Shown here piece after piece: positions 27,248 to 41,298 of a stretch of DNA of 64,000 bases (positions are counted from its first letter, which is position 1; the number at the start of each line of letters is the position of its first letter). The position numbers and the translations under genes were made by a program. Source of the DNA: Podarcis liolepis (Eukaryota). The stretch is from the NCBI GenBank assembly GCA_965112155.1, contig OZ218109.1. One strand, written 5' to 3'. The notes below the pieces were generated by a model. The model did not search any database, was not told the DNA's origin, and was given only the letters and a program-made list of their open reading frames with translations.

Positions 27248-28097
27248 CTGAGAAGAAGAAAAAGAGAGGAAGAAATCAGATACTGAAGATGGAAAATGTA
27301 ACTGCTCAACAAATTATTTAGGAGAGGAATCCCAAAGTTGTCGGGGGGGGGGGGTTGGTAGAGGGAATGCCACTGCCTAAGCTCTCCCAGCTTGGGCTGG
27401 TCAAGGTGGAAGTCAGGAGCTGGGAGGTAGAGGTTCCACTCGCCTCTTTTCAGCCTTCTAAATTTTTCCTCTCCCATTGACACTAATGGGAAGGGAAATA
27501 AGTAATGAAAGGGGAAATAGTTTTTCTCCCTTTCTGTTGGCATGTCTGGACAACAATGGGGCCTGGGATCAAGTGGATGCAATGCCTTCCCCAATATGTC
27601 CCAGAAGGCCCTGTTTCTCTACCATCCTCAGAACACTGCTGGTAGTAGAATGACAGCAACAGAACTTATGCCACCATACTAGGGAGGCCTGTGCCCACAG
27701 ACCTCCCTCTCCACAGCATCCTACAACCGCTCAGCCTCCCTCCCGGGATACACAGAACTGCTCCCTAAAACAGGTTCTTATTTAGATAAAAGATAATCTT
27801 TTGGCCGAGTGTGTAAACATGCACTTGAAAAATCTAATCAGAAAAATGTCTTAAGGTTACTGCTGTTTGTGAGTAGGAAGGACATCAAGCCTTTCTTCTG
27901 CACCACCGCAGCACAAATTGTACAATGAGTTATAGAAATAATGGTTAAGTGACGTGTACTTACTGCAACCATGCTATAACAAGTGATTATTTAAAATGGA
28001 ATCATGCCACTATGGAGCACATCTACCAGGGCAATAAAACAATATAACTTGTAGAGAGGAAACCAGGAATGCACGCAAGTGGGAATTGCTTACTTAC

Positions 28098-28201
28098 CAT
28101 GTTACATGGAAAGCTTGGCGGCATCCATGCTTGTTACAAGTCATGCAAGCGCCAGTGGCTGCTTTACTTTCTCTGCCTTGCTCATCACATATATAACATG
28201 T
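28098..28201 (-). CDS. MLLT10: MLLT10 coding exon (104 nt): TCYICDEQGRESKAATGACMTCNKHGCRQAFHVT(C)
   Basis: ccccactag|ACA...TG|gtaagt. Contains the PHD2 Cys/His ligands. Phase 0 to 2. Confidence 0.97.
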
Positions 28202-28713
28202 CTAGTGGGGAAAATAAGACAGTTGTAAGAACACTATTATCTTTAAATGGACTCAAACTCAGCAGCAAAAGTAAGAGTGATACTCCTTTGTGCAGCAAAT
28301 ACAAAGCAAAGGCAAGACTGAACAGTGCTTCGGTTCTCAGACCTGCTAATTGAAGTCACACTCCAATATTCCAAAACAGACTGTATGTTATGTAGAATAC
28401 TTTGTGTGATTAGCTGTTTCCAATGCTACCAAGATGCAGAGCTGTAGCTACGGGGGGAGGGGGGGCTAACCAGGTTTTTTGCCCCAGGTGAAGCTGAGGC
28501 AAGGAAGAAGGGCTACCCTTATGCTATTCATATAATCAGTTATCAGTAATCACGTTCACGTGCTTCAAAGCCTCCAGAGGGATGCTATTGTGGCTCCTAG
28601 TCTCGCTCTATGTGTGTACACAAATGTGCATAGGAGGGCATCAAACTAATTTTCTGACCAGGGTGAAATAAAGCATAGTTTAGTCCCTGCATTATGTATA
28701 GCATTGATAAATA

Positions 28714-28994
28714 CAGGGCTGGCCCAAGACATTTTGCCTACGCCCCTGATGTCTGCCCCCTGCAGATCTGGTGCCCTACCCCCTCCCTCCCTCCCTCTGC
28801 TGTCACTGCTGCCCAACCCATCACCACACCTGTGGCTGTGGCTGCGCTGCCACCACAAGACCACAGCAATGGCGAGGACACAGTGGCAAGGGGAACTGCA
28901 CTGGATCCACAGCATGGAATGTGCTGGCAGCAGTACAACAGTGGGGGCGAGGAGGGTGGAGGCTTTGCTTTGCCTCATGCACAGACCACCCTTG
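28714..28994. mobile_element. Degraded hAT-type MITE
   Basis: Starts cagggctggccc and is a GC-rich island in AT-rich intron. Possible decayed 8-bp TSD gataaata / ggtgaata. Confidence 0.5.
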
Positions 28995-29957
28995 GGTGAA
29001 TACAACCTACTTCTTTATCATATGGTATGTCTTCACATTAATACACTACCCTGGAGGTTGGTTCTGGCAAATAAAGCTCCTTGGTTATGAAGACTCAGAA
29101 TGAGTTTACTGAGGCTTCATATCATGTTAATGACAAGGAAAGGCATTATGGGAAAGTGTTCCTGTATGGTAATCAATGACTGACATCAGGCTTCAGATGC
29201 AGTAAATAACAGTACTGTACTAAGAAACCTGGAATAACTTTGCAACATGATATGTGCCCTATAATTTACATTTCTTCAGATCATTGTATCATTAAGATTT
29301 TCTGATTATTTTAATTAAATTCGCTGTAGCAATGTGGAAGACCTCCAGTGGGGCCAGCAGCATACAACACACATACGCAGACGCACAAACACAAAGGAGT
29401 TCTATTTAAAATATGCAAAGCTAACATTTTAATATTTTTCAATAAAACCTGTTGCTTTTGCAGGTCTAACAAAATACTTCTAAGACAACATTCTTGTGAA
29501 GTAAGATTATCTCAATTTTCCTTGGGCTACTGGCATTAACTGTTTTGTATCAATGGCTACCCTGCAGAACTGAAACCCAGAAATGCATATCAGCAATCAC
29601 AAAGCTATAATGGGGGCTGTTTCATGGCTGCCAGAGGATTTCATAAAAATGCACTCTTCTAGGCAGATTCAGTAATTCCTTTACCAGCATGGAGATTCAC
29701 AATAAACCTCATTTTCAAACAAGATTTCTAATATTCACAGAAAATTTTTATATTCTTAAAATAATCTCAGTCTCACAGGATGCATAGCTGGGCATTCCTA
29801 GTACTTATTAAATACAGTACAATTCTAATCCAAACAAATATTTTAACTCTTGCAATGCCTCTAGCTCTTCAACTGAAAACTCAACAAGCTTCATGTTTGG
29901 GGGCAGCAAGGGTTGTCTGCTGAAACAAGTTGGTGTCTTACTTGTGGTACTCCTGTA

Positions 29958-30208
29958 CAGTAGTACCTTGGTTCTAAAATTTAATCCGTTCTGCGAGTCC
30001 GTTCAACTCCCAAAACAGTTCAAAAACCAAGGCACCGCTTCCGATTGGCTACAGGAGCTTCCTGTAGCCAATCGGAAGCTGCGGAAGCCACACTGGACTT
30101 TCAGCTTCCCAAAAATGTATGCAAACCGGAACACTCACTTCCAGGTTTGCGACGTCTGGGAGCCGATTTGTTCCACGACTAAGGCGTTTGACTACTAAGG
30201 CACAACTG
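29958..30208. mobile_element. Tc1/mariner (Tigger-like) MITE
   Basis: TA|CAGTAGTACCTT...AAGGCACAACTG|TA termini. Internal perfect 20-bp inverted repeat at 30037-30079. Confidence 0.85.
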
Positions 30209-31959
30209 TATTGACTGTAGGGTGGAACTTTCAAAGGCTGCTTACAAATGTATTAATAGATTCTTTGAAAGCATTGTTCAAATACTGGTGCCCTTAGCAA
30301 CATACAATCTCATTTAATCATCTCATTACAATTTCATGACATGAAATGTTTAATGTAACAAGTCACTTTCCACAAGATAATGAACTTTGATACTGGCTTA
30401 TTACAATCTATCAAGTTCTCTCGAAAACATTTGGAACTCTTATTCTAATCCATAACCAACTATTATTTGCTCCCTCCAATGACAGGCTCCTGTTCTACCT
30501 TACATCATATAATGCTCATATACTCATCTCTATCTTATTAGTAAACACAAATCCATCTAACAACTTTCTTCATGTAAGAGTCTGTATTCTACCCGACAAG
30601 TTTACTACAGAAATCTCATGAAGATATTTGCCCATATGTATCTGACATTCATCTTTGTTTTAGATGTGAAAGAGGGCACACATGTCCCACCACGTTTCTT
30701 CTCTACAGGCCCAGTGTTGAGCAGTCAAAAGTTTTCAGCAATGATTAAGTATTCACCAATAAATGCCCACTAGCAAAGCCTGAAGCTGCATCAAAAACAA
30801 AAACAGGACTCCAAGGGTCCCTTCACACATTATCCAAGTTAGCAATATATACCTGTTAACTACAGAAATATCATATATCCATTTTGTAAACATACGTATA
30901 TGGCATAGGTATGGTTACAAAATGGATGTGTGACATATCTGTAAATCTGCTACAGAGCATACACATGGAGAAAAAGTGAGTCTCTCACACATTAAGGGGA
31001 ACAACACAGTTGCATATAAATATATATAAGCATATCCTTTCCAAATTTACATACAATATGAATCAGTTTTATAAAATGCCCTTAAAATATACATATTAAT
31101 GGATCTACTCTGAGTAGGCCTTAGTCAAACACATAGACAACTGTTTTTCAAATATCAGTTCACATTGCAAAATGGTTTTCTACAAATATGATAAAATCAT
31201 ATGTCTTTATGATCTCTTGTTCAACTGCATCAACCCAATCCAGAGATGTGTAGCAGACTAAACATGCCCGACTAGATCTTATTGATCACATGTTCAGCTT
31301 TTACAACATCAAGTTCCAGTGCCAACTACCTGAACATTACAACCACACACAGAGCAACTAATTCTTCTATTGAAGAATCACTGTCACTGGATTAGGGTGA
31401 ACATGTTATAAAACACCAGCTACACGTTGGGCAAATTGTGAGGAGCAAGGACTTTAGGATTTTTGAAACAACAACAACAACAACATGGTTTTAATGTAGT
31501 TCATGACTAAAACACACTTACAGCAAAGATATGATATGCAGACAGAATGTACCACAATATTTTTTTATGAATGAGAATGAAAAAAATGTAATGAAATGTA
31601 GTCACTGACAGCATAACAAAAACTGAAAAAATAAATGGTGGTGAATTGTTGAGAAACCACAGAAACAAAACTATGTCTAGAAAAGATAGTAAAAGTCTGA
31701 AAATGCAAGTTAACTTGCACTAACTCAACTAAACTGGCTTTTCTATGTATAACAATATCAAACTTATTTTGAAACCCCCTTCAGTTTCAAAAACGTTTTT
31801 CCGTACAGCCTGCAGTTCTGCCGTTCAAGAAATATAAAGCTGAATTGCATCCCTAATGCCCAGTTTATGAAACTAGTATCATAAATTAGTTCTTTAAACT
31901 GGCCTATGTGGGATGACATTTTCTGTAGCCTTAATTGTAGCTTTGTAATACTGTGCTTA

Positions 31960-32327
31960 GGGACGCGGGTGGCGCTGTGGGTAAAACCTCAGTGCCTAGG
32001 GCTTGCCGATTGTATGGTCGGCGGTTCGAATCCCCGCAGCAGGGTGAGCTCCCGCCTTTCGGTCCCAGCTCCTGCCCTACTAGCAGTTTGAAAGCACCCC
32101 TAAGTGCCAGTAGATAAATAGGTACCGCTTTATAGCGGGAAGGTAAACGGCATTTCCGTGTGCTGTGCTGGTGCCGGCTCGCCAGAGCAGCTTCGTCACG
32201 CTGGCCACATGACCCGGAAGTGTCTCCGGACAGCGCTGGCCCCCGGCCTCTTAAGTGAGATGGGTGCACAACCCTAGAGTTGGTCATGACTGGCCCGTAC
32301 GGGCAGAGGTACCTTTACCTTTACCTT
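31960..32327 (+). mobile_element. Full-length Sauria SINE, CpG-rich (young) subfamily
   Basis: gggacgcgggtggcgctgtgg head, B box ggttcgaatcc and (accttt)3 tail. 13-bp TSD taatactgtgctt at 31946-31958 and 32328-32340. Confidence 0.95.
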
Positions 32328-32878
32328 TAATACTGTGCTTGACATCTGACAAAGTTAAAAATAACTATAAATTAAGTTAAAAAATAAAATTAGACAAAAC
32401 AGCAGATCGGGTTAACTGGTGAATGGTAACAGAGGGAACAGGACTCAGATTTCTGGAAGTCCTCCCCATACTGTGCATCTAACAACGTCCCTACTCCATC
32501 TATCTGTCCCAAACCCCATACATTGGTCCCCCAATTGAAAATGGGAGGCTGGATAAAAAGTTAGAGTACATACAGATGACTATGGCACATCTTCAATGAA
32601 CACTGTATTAATCCCCAGCCAACGTTCAAGAAGACACATGGCAGGGATCACGCTGGCTTCTTCTGCCACCCTTCCCCCCTGCTACAAGATCTCAATGATA
32701 TTGCATGCTGGGTATCATATATGTATCCATTTTTAAGCCGTATGTAGGTTACCAAAACGTATATATTGCTTGACTGTAATAAAACCTCTAAGCGGTTTAC
32801 ACACGAGGACCTGAATCCCCTAATCTGTACACTTTGGTTTTGTCTGCTGGGCTCTATGCATGTACAACTCCAATAATA

Positions 32879-33367
32879 CAGGTGTGTGTGTCCCCCCCCA
32901 CTTACATATGATTGACTGCTGTGTAACCTCATATACACACAGTACCAGAAAATAATTAAATAATTCAATTAACCTGGAAATGGCAAGAGAGTTGGAGTGT
33001 CCTCATGGCTCGCAAGGAGAACCTCCCGGGAGCATGAAAAGGACGTCAGTGAGGGCAGAGGAGACCCTGAAGAGGCGTAGTGGGGCTTTGTTTACACTGC
33101 TCAGCCTCCCCACCTAACAGCTGCATGTGCGGGGTAGCACAGCAGCAGCTGCTACTTTCGTGAAAGTCCTCCAGCCTCCTGCCAGCCCCAGAACTTCAAT
33201 TATAGCTGTAGATATTTTTGGATACAGTAATTTTGGTATGGATTGAAGACAGAGCTACAGAAAGGGCATTTAAAGGGTTTTTTAGAGGGTGCTCCCTTCT
33301 TTAGCCAATTCCAATTATGTGTGCGGGGGACCAGAATGTAACCCCCGCATAAGTGGGGAGTCGCCTG
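32879..33367. mobile_element. Probable Tc1/mariner-type MITE
   Basis: TA|CAGG...ccccactta at the left and taagtgggg...CCTG|TA at the right. The TIRs are imperfect. Confidence 0.55.
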
Positions 33368-33956
33368 TACTTAACTTGTGAGTCAGCATAATCTAAATCT
33401 CACAACACACGTTCCAACTGAATTTCTACACTGGTCTATTATGTGTAAAGAACATGAGTGGGTGGGGAGCTCCTGCTGATATTTCATTCACTTTTTCAAT
33501 GGCAAAACAATGTTTATCTACAGATGCTTCCCTAAAGCAAGAGAACGAGAACTGTGAACATTGTGCTATAAGAAGAAAGGGAGAGAACAACAACAACAGT
33601 TGAAAAATTCAATTCTACTCTCAATTAGCTTTTAATAAGAACCGTATCAAGGAACTGATCAACAGTAATCTGCTACTAAATATAGTGATTACTAATAAAA
33701 CAGGAAATGTCATAAACCTATTTGATCAGTTGATGATGAAAAACAGTAGATATCTAAGTAGATATTACCTCATGCTATAAACTTCAGTAAGACGTAAATA
33801 ATTTTACTCATTTTCTTTCATACAAAATGTTCTTTAAGGAAATACAAGCCCTTCAAAGCAAAATATGCTTGTTTGTTTTTAATGAAATGTGAAATATATA
33901 GCATATTTTTCAAATACGAAATTATATCAAGAAAATAAGTCATAGTAGAATTATAC

Positions 33957-34066
33957 CTTATTATAGCGATCATGAGGAACAGACTGCAACACGATAGGTT
34001 CCATTGTAGAAACATTTGCAAATTGCACCTCGGGAATGTACAGAGCACAAACCACATGAGCCCAAC
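33957..34066 (-). CDS. MLLT10: MLLT10 coding exon (110 nt): (G)WAHVVCALYIPEVQFANVSTMEPIVLQSVPHDRYNK
   Basis: tttttatag|GT...AAG|gtataa. Phase 1 to 0. Recognisable AF10 PZP sequence. Confidence 0.97.
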
Positions 34067-37000
34067 CTATAAAAAGTTAATTACATTTTATTCTTAATGC
34101 CTTCTGACAATACAAATAGAATAATTTCAACTATAAAAAAGAACATTTCATATGTTACATGTATTTTCAATTATTTAAGCACAATGTAAGTATCTAACAC
34201 ATTCCTTAGCACATCACAGCATATAAAGATAAGATTACATATTTTCAAAGAGCTGTAAACAACTAATATAAATAATGATTTTGCAAAAGTAGAAACAAAA
34301 CACTTTTCGATTGTACCTAGTTCTTAATTCACATTGAAATTAACGGGCCTATATGCCTGAAATTGGGAAGAAAATATGCAGATAATTAAACTATAATGGT
34401 TTCTCTTCACACCTTTCCATAAGAAAGAATGAATTTTTTGCTTCTTTTCTTGTTGCTTACATCTAAGACCTGACACTATTACTTTTATATCTTCCTGTGT
34501 GGTATCCTAGAATGGTATTTCAGCATAAAGCAGCATATATTTTTAGCTTCCTTTCAGTAGCTTTTGATAGTATTTCATAGACCAGTAGGGTTTTTTTCTG
34601 ACAGTTTTTTTCTTTTCAATTTCCAAGGATTCTTGACCCAGATAAGAGCCTGCCTAATTTCAGGTTCTCTGTGGTTCCCAAGAGAGTCACCAATTTGTGC
34701 TTGCCAAAGAAAACAATTTAACCATGTCTGCTACTGTTTCATTGCATAAATAGCTCAGCTTGAAAATTACTTTGCTATTCAAGAGCTGCCCATATTCTGT
34801 CCTGGATTACTTTATACAGAGAATTCCCAGACAGTTTGATACACCAATTTCCCAATATGAAAAGCAGCAGAATAGCAGGAATGTTCAAAACGTAATTGCA
34901 GCCTTCCACAAGAAATTAGGTCCCAATCTTCACACACACTCTATATCTGTGTTAACGTCCAAACATGAAGAAGGAAAAAATATCACAGAGGTACACAAAG
35001 TACCTGTTAGAAATATCACATATACAATTTATCTAATCTTCATACGATGTTATAAGGCTCAGCTCTACCTATTCCGTGTATACTCAGTTGCTTCAAACCA
35101 TGCATGAGGTAATAGATCAATGTTTTACATGGCAATGCTGCGAACAGCAAATATTACGTAAAGCTGAAACAGGTTTGCAAACATTTGGGGCCACGAACGG
35201 AGAAATATTTGATTGTCTGCAGCTCTCTGGAACCTGCTCCAGAACTATTTATAAATATCCGCAAAACAGAAATGAATTGTGGTGTTTACAGCATACATAC
35301 TACGCGCTGGTATATATGCAACAAACACCCCTTGCCAAAAGTCTGAATCAACCTATTCCGGCATGCAAAAATGTTATGACACACACACCAAATTCCGCAA
35401 GAGAGACTGTGTGCACAAGGGACAAGGATAATATACTCTCAAGGTCAAACTAGACACGTGACTGCCCCTCGTTTACTTTGTTGTCTTTCAAAATCTTTAC
35501 ACCCAACGGCAGCTTTCCTCTGAAGGCAAATGGTAACCACTGGGCAAGTCCTACCTGTATTGGAACCATGACAGGAGCAATGAATTAAATCCCCCCACAC
35601 ACTTATCCCCACATCAAAGTGCCAATCAGGTCTCCCTCAGCAATATTTAACACAGGAAAACCAAACACACAAGTGCCAATCACGTGTACAACATTTAGTG
35701 CTGTTTCCCCCCACCCACCCACCCGAAGCCCTTTTCCCTCTCCAAAAATGGGAAAATTGAAAGATGTTGGGCTATGTCATGTGACAGGGTAGATAAATTT
35801 GTTTCTATCCAGGCAAACCTTTGATATTTAGAAGTCCATAATAAATATGATGACAAATATGAAGAAGCATAAATGGATTGAGATAGCTCAGAAAATGAGA
35901 TTGATTAAATTTCATGAAGTATTCATTGAGTCTTGGCTCTGCCTTCTCTCTGCCCCCTCCCCACCCCCCTCACAGCTCTTTTTATGGCAATGAGTGCATT
36001 ACGTCTGCTTGGCACTATGGAGAACAGAAGGAGACAGAGTGGTATTCAATGCTAGTCCTACTTAGATAGACCTACTGGAAGTTAAGAGACATGACATAGG
36101 TCCCTCAATTTTAATGGGTCTACTCTGAGTAGGACTGAGTCAAATATATAGTTTTCTTATTTTTACTATAATCATAATGGTTTCTCCTGTTTTTATTGTT
36201 TTTTCCCATTCTCATAAACTGACAAAATGAAAGGGATGCTAGACTCCTTACAGTTCAGCAGCTTGGAGCTCCACTTGTAAAAAGAAATAAAATGAAATGA
36301 ATTAAAAATGTAAATTCAATTTGTAATGGACCAAATAAATTGTATTTTAATATACCAAACATGATAATCTAATGGCAAACTATATTATACAAAATACATG
36401 TTATGTTCCTAAAGCAACAAAGTGACATTTGATCTGTAAAAGCGGCTTTAAAAAGTTGATTTTTATTTCAGTTGTCCACAAATTTCCACACCCCTAAAAA
36501 TATTCTCCTGTGGGTTCAGAATTTCAAAAAAATATATATCTCTAGTAAGAGTTGCATCTACTGCTCCACCCAGTATTCCCTCTTGCCCCACCCAGTACTG
36601 GAATGCAACATCCAGAAGGTTTTCCATAAGATAATGTGACCTGACCCTCAGGCTGAAAAAGTCTCCACACTCTTGAGATACAGCCTTAAATGATAAATGT
36701 ATTCTGGTTGGTGTGCTGTTATTGGAGGAGGAAAAAACAGCCCAGGATTGATACACGAAGTTTCACTGAAATACCACTCTAGCTTTAGTTATTTCTGTTG
36801 CTATCTGCTGGAAACAATGTCTTTGTGCTCCTAACAACCAAAAAACTGCTAGGAAGTTAATTTTGCTGTATTTCAAGTAGCTAGCTGCCCACAAGAGGTT
36901 ATGGCAAACTGAAACACTGATTTATGTAGAGCAGATTAAACTAAAGTGGAAGTTAGGGCTATAGCTTTCTTTGGGGTCCCAGAAAGCCACTGGTGTTCAT

Positions 37001-40000
37001 TTTTCAGTTCCCCTTTCCACAGGAACTCATAACCTTTTATAACAGACGTTGGAACTAATGCATCCCATCTGCTTTCTGCCACTAGAAATAACGTGTTCTT
37101 CTGTTCAGGGTCCTAGAAAGTGACCTGCTGCGTTCCTGGCTAATATTGTTTATGCACACTGCTCCATTCAAACAGCTTTTCTTCATGAGCTAATCATTTT
37201 TCAGATTTCCTTTCTTCCAAACCCTTAGATACAAACCCCATGACATAACACTTGCTTTTTCAGGGAATGTTGAAAGCAGCTGGGATCTCTTTGGAGACAG
37301 AAATGTCCTTTTAACTGAGCAAGATAAGGATATTACTTCCTACCCCCCTCAAAATTTTAGCACATTTGCACCAGATAGGAATTATCCAATATTCTTATGT
37401 GTTAAAAAACCTTGCGTTCTGAATAGGCAACAGCATTAAGTTCTAACACTACTATGCACTTACAGTGGGCAGTTTGCACCCTCAGAATACATATGTTACT
37501 TGAGGAACTCACTAAATATGGTGAGAATCTGCATTACACTGAAGCTCAGTGTATCTGATTGAAGACCATAATCCAGTCATCTTGCAAACAGAACTATATC
37601 CCTCACTAAGATAACAGCAGACAATTCTGAACAGTTCAGTTAACAAGGGCTTTCCAAGTGTTATATGCTAGGATAATTTACAACTTAAATGATGCCATAA
37701 GTATGGAAGTCACATTGGGTGACATCCTGATAGCCAGTAAGGCTTGAAGGCCTGCCTTTCCATCTTCAAGGTGGAAGGATAATAGCTGGGGCTGAGAAGA
37801 GCCCTTCCTTGCACAGCTGGTGCACCTCTGCAGGAAGTGTTCACAGAACCTCCATCAAGAGCCACCAAGAATGTCTTGGCCACCTAGAAATAACCAAAGT
37901 AGCATCTAATCGTTCTAACTGTCATAGGGATTACAGAAAACAAACAGACTAAGAATACATTTGAAAGGCATCGTCTACTTTTTCATCATTATGTCTGCAC
38001 CCACATTTGGTCCCTAGTATGCTTCTTCAGCAGACATGCAAGTCAACAACTGGAACCCAAACATAACTGATCAGAAGGAACCTCCAGAGTTAGAGATCGT
38101 TCCAACTGGTCTATTTGCTGCCTGCTCAACTACCATCCAAGCATTGTAGATGCCTCTCAGACACCTGGCTGTTGGAGGAGTCCTGCTTCACTCAACAGAA
38201 GGAATTCAAGGACTTTCCATAGGTAGGACACAGGTTCCAATATGCTTTTTCACATGTGCGAAAATCCAATTTGCATCCAGAGGTACCACTGTATTTGTTG
38301 ATTTGGAAAGACACATTTGTTCTGCCCAACATGAGAGCAAAGGTTCTGAGAGTCAGACAGACCACTCAGAACTTTAGGAAGCTGATGCTACAAGATGTCT
38401 TACGGTGTAACCACAGGTCTTAGATGAAGAATTATTTGAAGTGAGCTTCCCACATAGGTAGGCTGACAATGGTTACATCTGAATATACTATGAGTAAGTC
38501 TTTGATATGTACAGCTTTCCACCATAGTCCACTGGGATATTGACTTTTGAGTTCCTGGGTATTCAGATATGTGGGTTCAATCTTGATGCAATTTGATCTT
38601 GAAGATTAGCAGGAATGTCTGAAGAGCTCAGACATGTCGATAGGCCCAAGAAAGTCAGCTGAAATGAAAACCCATCATTTCCAACAGTCTGGCTAAGAGT
38701 TAAATCTCCTTTTACCAGAGATAACAGATTTTTCCCCCTCTAAAAGAAAAGAAAAACAATTGGCTTCCAGAAAGAGTGATCAAAAACATATGCCTCTAGG
38801 GCTTCTGTACAGTTGTCTGCACATGTTAAAGACACAATCAGGTAGTCTTACAAAAAGGAATAAAACTTGTACTCTACCATCTTCAGGTAAGTCTTATTGA
38901 TAGCTAGGACCAAGGACAGGAAGAAGGAGCTGAAGACAGAACAACTGGCACTGAAGTGCAGAAGGAACAATTGCAAAGTCAACGAGGCAGTTAGTTAGTC
39001 CTCCATAAAATTTATTCATGCGAGGAAATCTTAACATTACAGGCGTGCAGAAATAGTGCAACCCATCTCAATGCCAAAGTGTGGAGATTACGACCTTTCT
39101 GAGGTCTTCTGATTTCTTCAATATACTGACAAAAACATAATTCACCTTAAAGAAGTAATGATCCCTCTGGGACTAGCTCGGAGTCTATTACTCTTCTTTC
39201 CAGAAAGTATTGGATAGCATTGGAATAGTGTTGCATTTTGCTTGGGTTGCCTGAGCAAGGGAAGATAAGGGAATGGTCTCTAGGTATGCTTGAAGGGGGA
39301 ATAACTTTCTCTCACTGTTTGCAGAACCCACCTACAACATGGCCCTTCACCACATATCTGAAAGTGTTAAGAAACTAAGGAGCCTTGAGTCAAGAGGAAG
39401 GGCTTATTCCCAGGTTGGGGCTGATCAGAGTTACTCTTTGGTTTGGGAGAACTTTTGGAGTTTGGTGTTGCTTCTCTCATGGTCAGTGTTAGAAACAGAG
39501 ATATGAAAGCTAGGAGCTAAATGGCACCTTAAACCTAGGTTATAGGTGCAACAAAGGAATGTCTAGGCGCACTTTTTTATAACAAGAATACAAAGCTGAA
39601 AATGAATGAACTGACGCTAAAATATTATTTTCATTTTTCACATGGTCTAGTCGTTCCCCTGCCCCCCCCCCAATATTCTTAAGAAAATCTATTCTCCAGA
39701 GTAGCTAGAAGTGGGGAGACAGAAAAAGGTCCTTCTTTCCTTCCACTCTGCAGTTTTAATCTGAAATCTTAGGCACAGTACTGCCACCAGAGCTCAGAAA
39801 CTTCTTGCACTAATGAAATTCCCTGTCACAAAATGCGCCTAGAGCAATGGGAGTTTCGAACACTGCTCGTGGTATGCCTGAGATGGATAACAGAAACAAG
39901 AGGAATATCTAGAACAGGAGGGTATCTTCTCCATAAAGGAGCACCCTTAAGGCAATCACCAAATATTGGAAAATGAAAGGCAAGACCAGAGTGCGTTTCT

Positions 40001-40044
40001 GCTATATTGGTTTTTGGTTTCTCACTCCCTCTCTCTCATTGTTT

Positions 40045-40265
40045 ATTTATTATTGTTATTAATAATATGCCACCCATCTGACTGGATTGCCCCAGCCACT
40101 CTGGGTGGCTTCCAACAAATTAAAACACTAAGCACAGTAAAACATCAAACATTAAAAACTCCCTACACCTTCAGACATCTCCTAAAAGTCAGATAGTTGT
40201 TTATTTCCTTGACATCTGACAGGAAGGCATTCCACAGGGCGCGACTACCGAGAAGGCCCTCTGCA
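40045..40265 (-). mobile_element. L2-type LINE 3' end fragment
   Basis: (tta)n tail, ccagccactctgggtggctt and ggcattccacaggg...gagaaggccct motifs. Confidence 0.6.
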
Positions 40266-41257
40266 TCCTTCCCTTTATGCATCTCCTGAAGAGCACCACA
40301 GTGTCTTCCTATATAAACAGATAGATGACTTGGAATACATGGAGGGTGCCAACTTCACAAGAAGCTACCTTCTGAATTCCTGGAAACAGAACTTATCTCA
40401 ATACTGAACGCCCTTCTCTGTACAATAAATGAAAATAATTTAACAAAAACTATTTGCTTTTAGAAGACCTACTAATTTGTTTTATCAGACCATCTTTAGT
40501 ATTCTTTTTCTTTATTGCTTACTATACAAAACACCAATACTTAGGTGGTGTTGAACATGCCCTACTCTCAGCTTCAATCAGGAAAGAACAGCCACAAATC
40601 AGTCCAAGTTTGAAAACAGATGATTCAACAATCAAATTAAAGTTGGGTATCTCAACACTAGCATTATGAAGCTGAGTTCAATATTAAAATCTCACATTTC
40701 AAAGTAGCGGAAGGGTTATGTTGTTTATATTTATTAGGTAATTTATATCAGAATCCAGCTACAAGCAGATATAAGTACTTAATACAATATATTAGCAGTA
40801 GTCGGTGACAGCACTTGAGTAACTTAAGTTTGCATTAGTGCTTTTTATTTTAACTTGCAGAGCCTTAATGAAATTCAGAGGGAGAAAGCTGCTGACTCAA
40901 ACGCTGGCATGTGACATTCCTTACAAGCTTAGGAGATCCCCACTCTAACCCTTAAAAAAATGACGACACTAGTGCATTGTTAGTTGGCTTTCAACCAAGC
41001 AGCTGCCTTCCAGAAATCCTGTTATAAAGCTGACAAAGAATGCTGATGCACAACATTCCTGATCAGCATCCAGTTGGAACAGATTTCAATCCAATAACTG
41101 GTTCTACATATGCTGAACTAAAAAGCTTTGTTGTGTACAGTGCAGGCTTCCAAACAAAACCGTAAAACAAGAAAGATTGCAAATACTGGGTGCTTTGTAA
41201 CAGTTTAAAAGAACCAACTCCCTCACAGCTTTTTAAGTCTCTTATTGATTTATTTAA

Positions 41258-41259
<2 letters not shown>

Positions 41260-41297
<38 letters not shown>
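41260..41297. repeat. (CA)19 microsatellite
   Basis: Direct count. Confidence 0.95.

Positions 41298-41298
<1 letters not shown>

Noticed and set aside
27139-27594. 151-aa minus-strand ORF as a standalone gene
   Set aside because: Only its last ~31 codons are real (MLLT10 exon 27154-27247). The rest is intron read in frame.
35076-35453. 125-aa plus-strand ORF (and adjacent 115-aa ORF) as an antisense gene
   Set aside because: No recognisable domain or splice structure. The unusual composition is better explained as a regulatory element.
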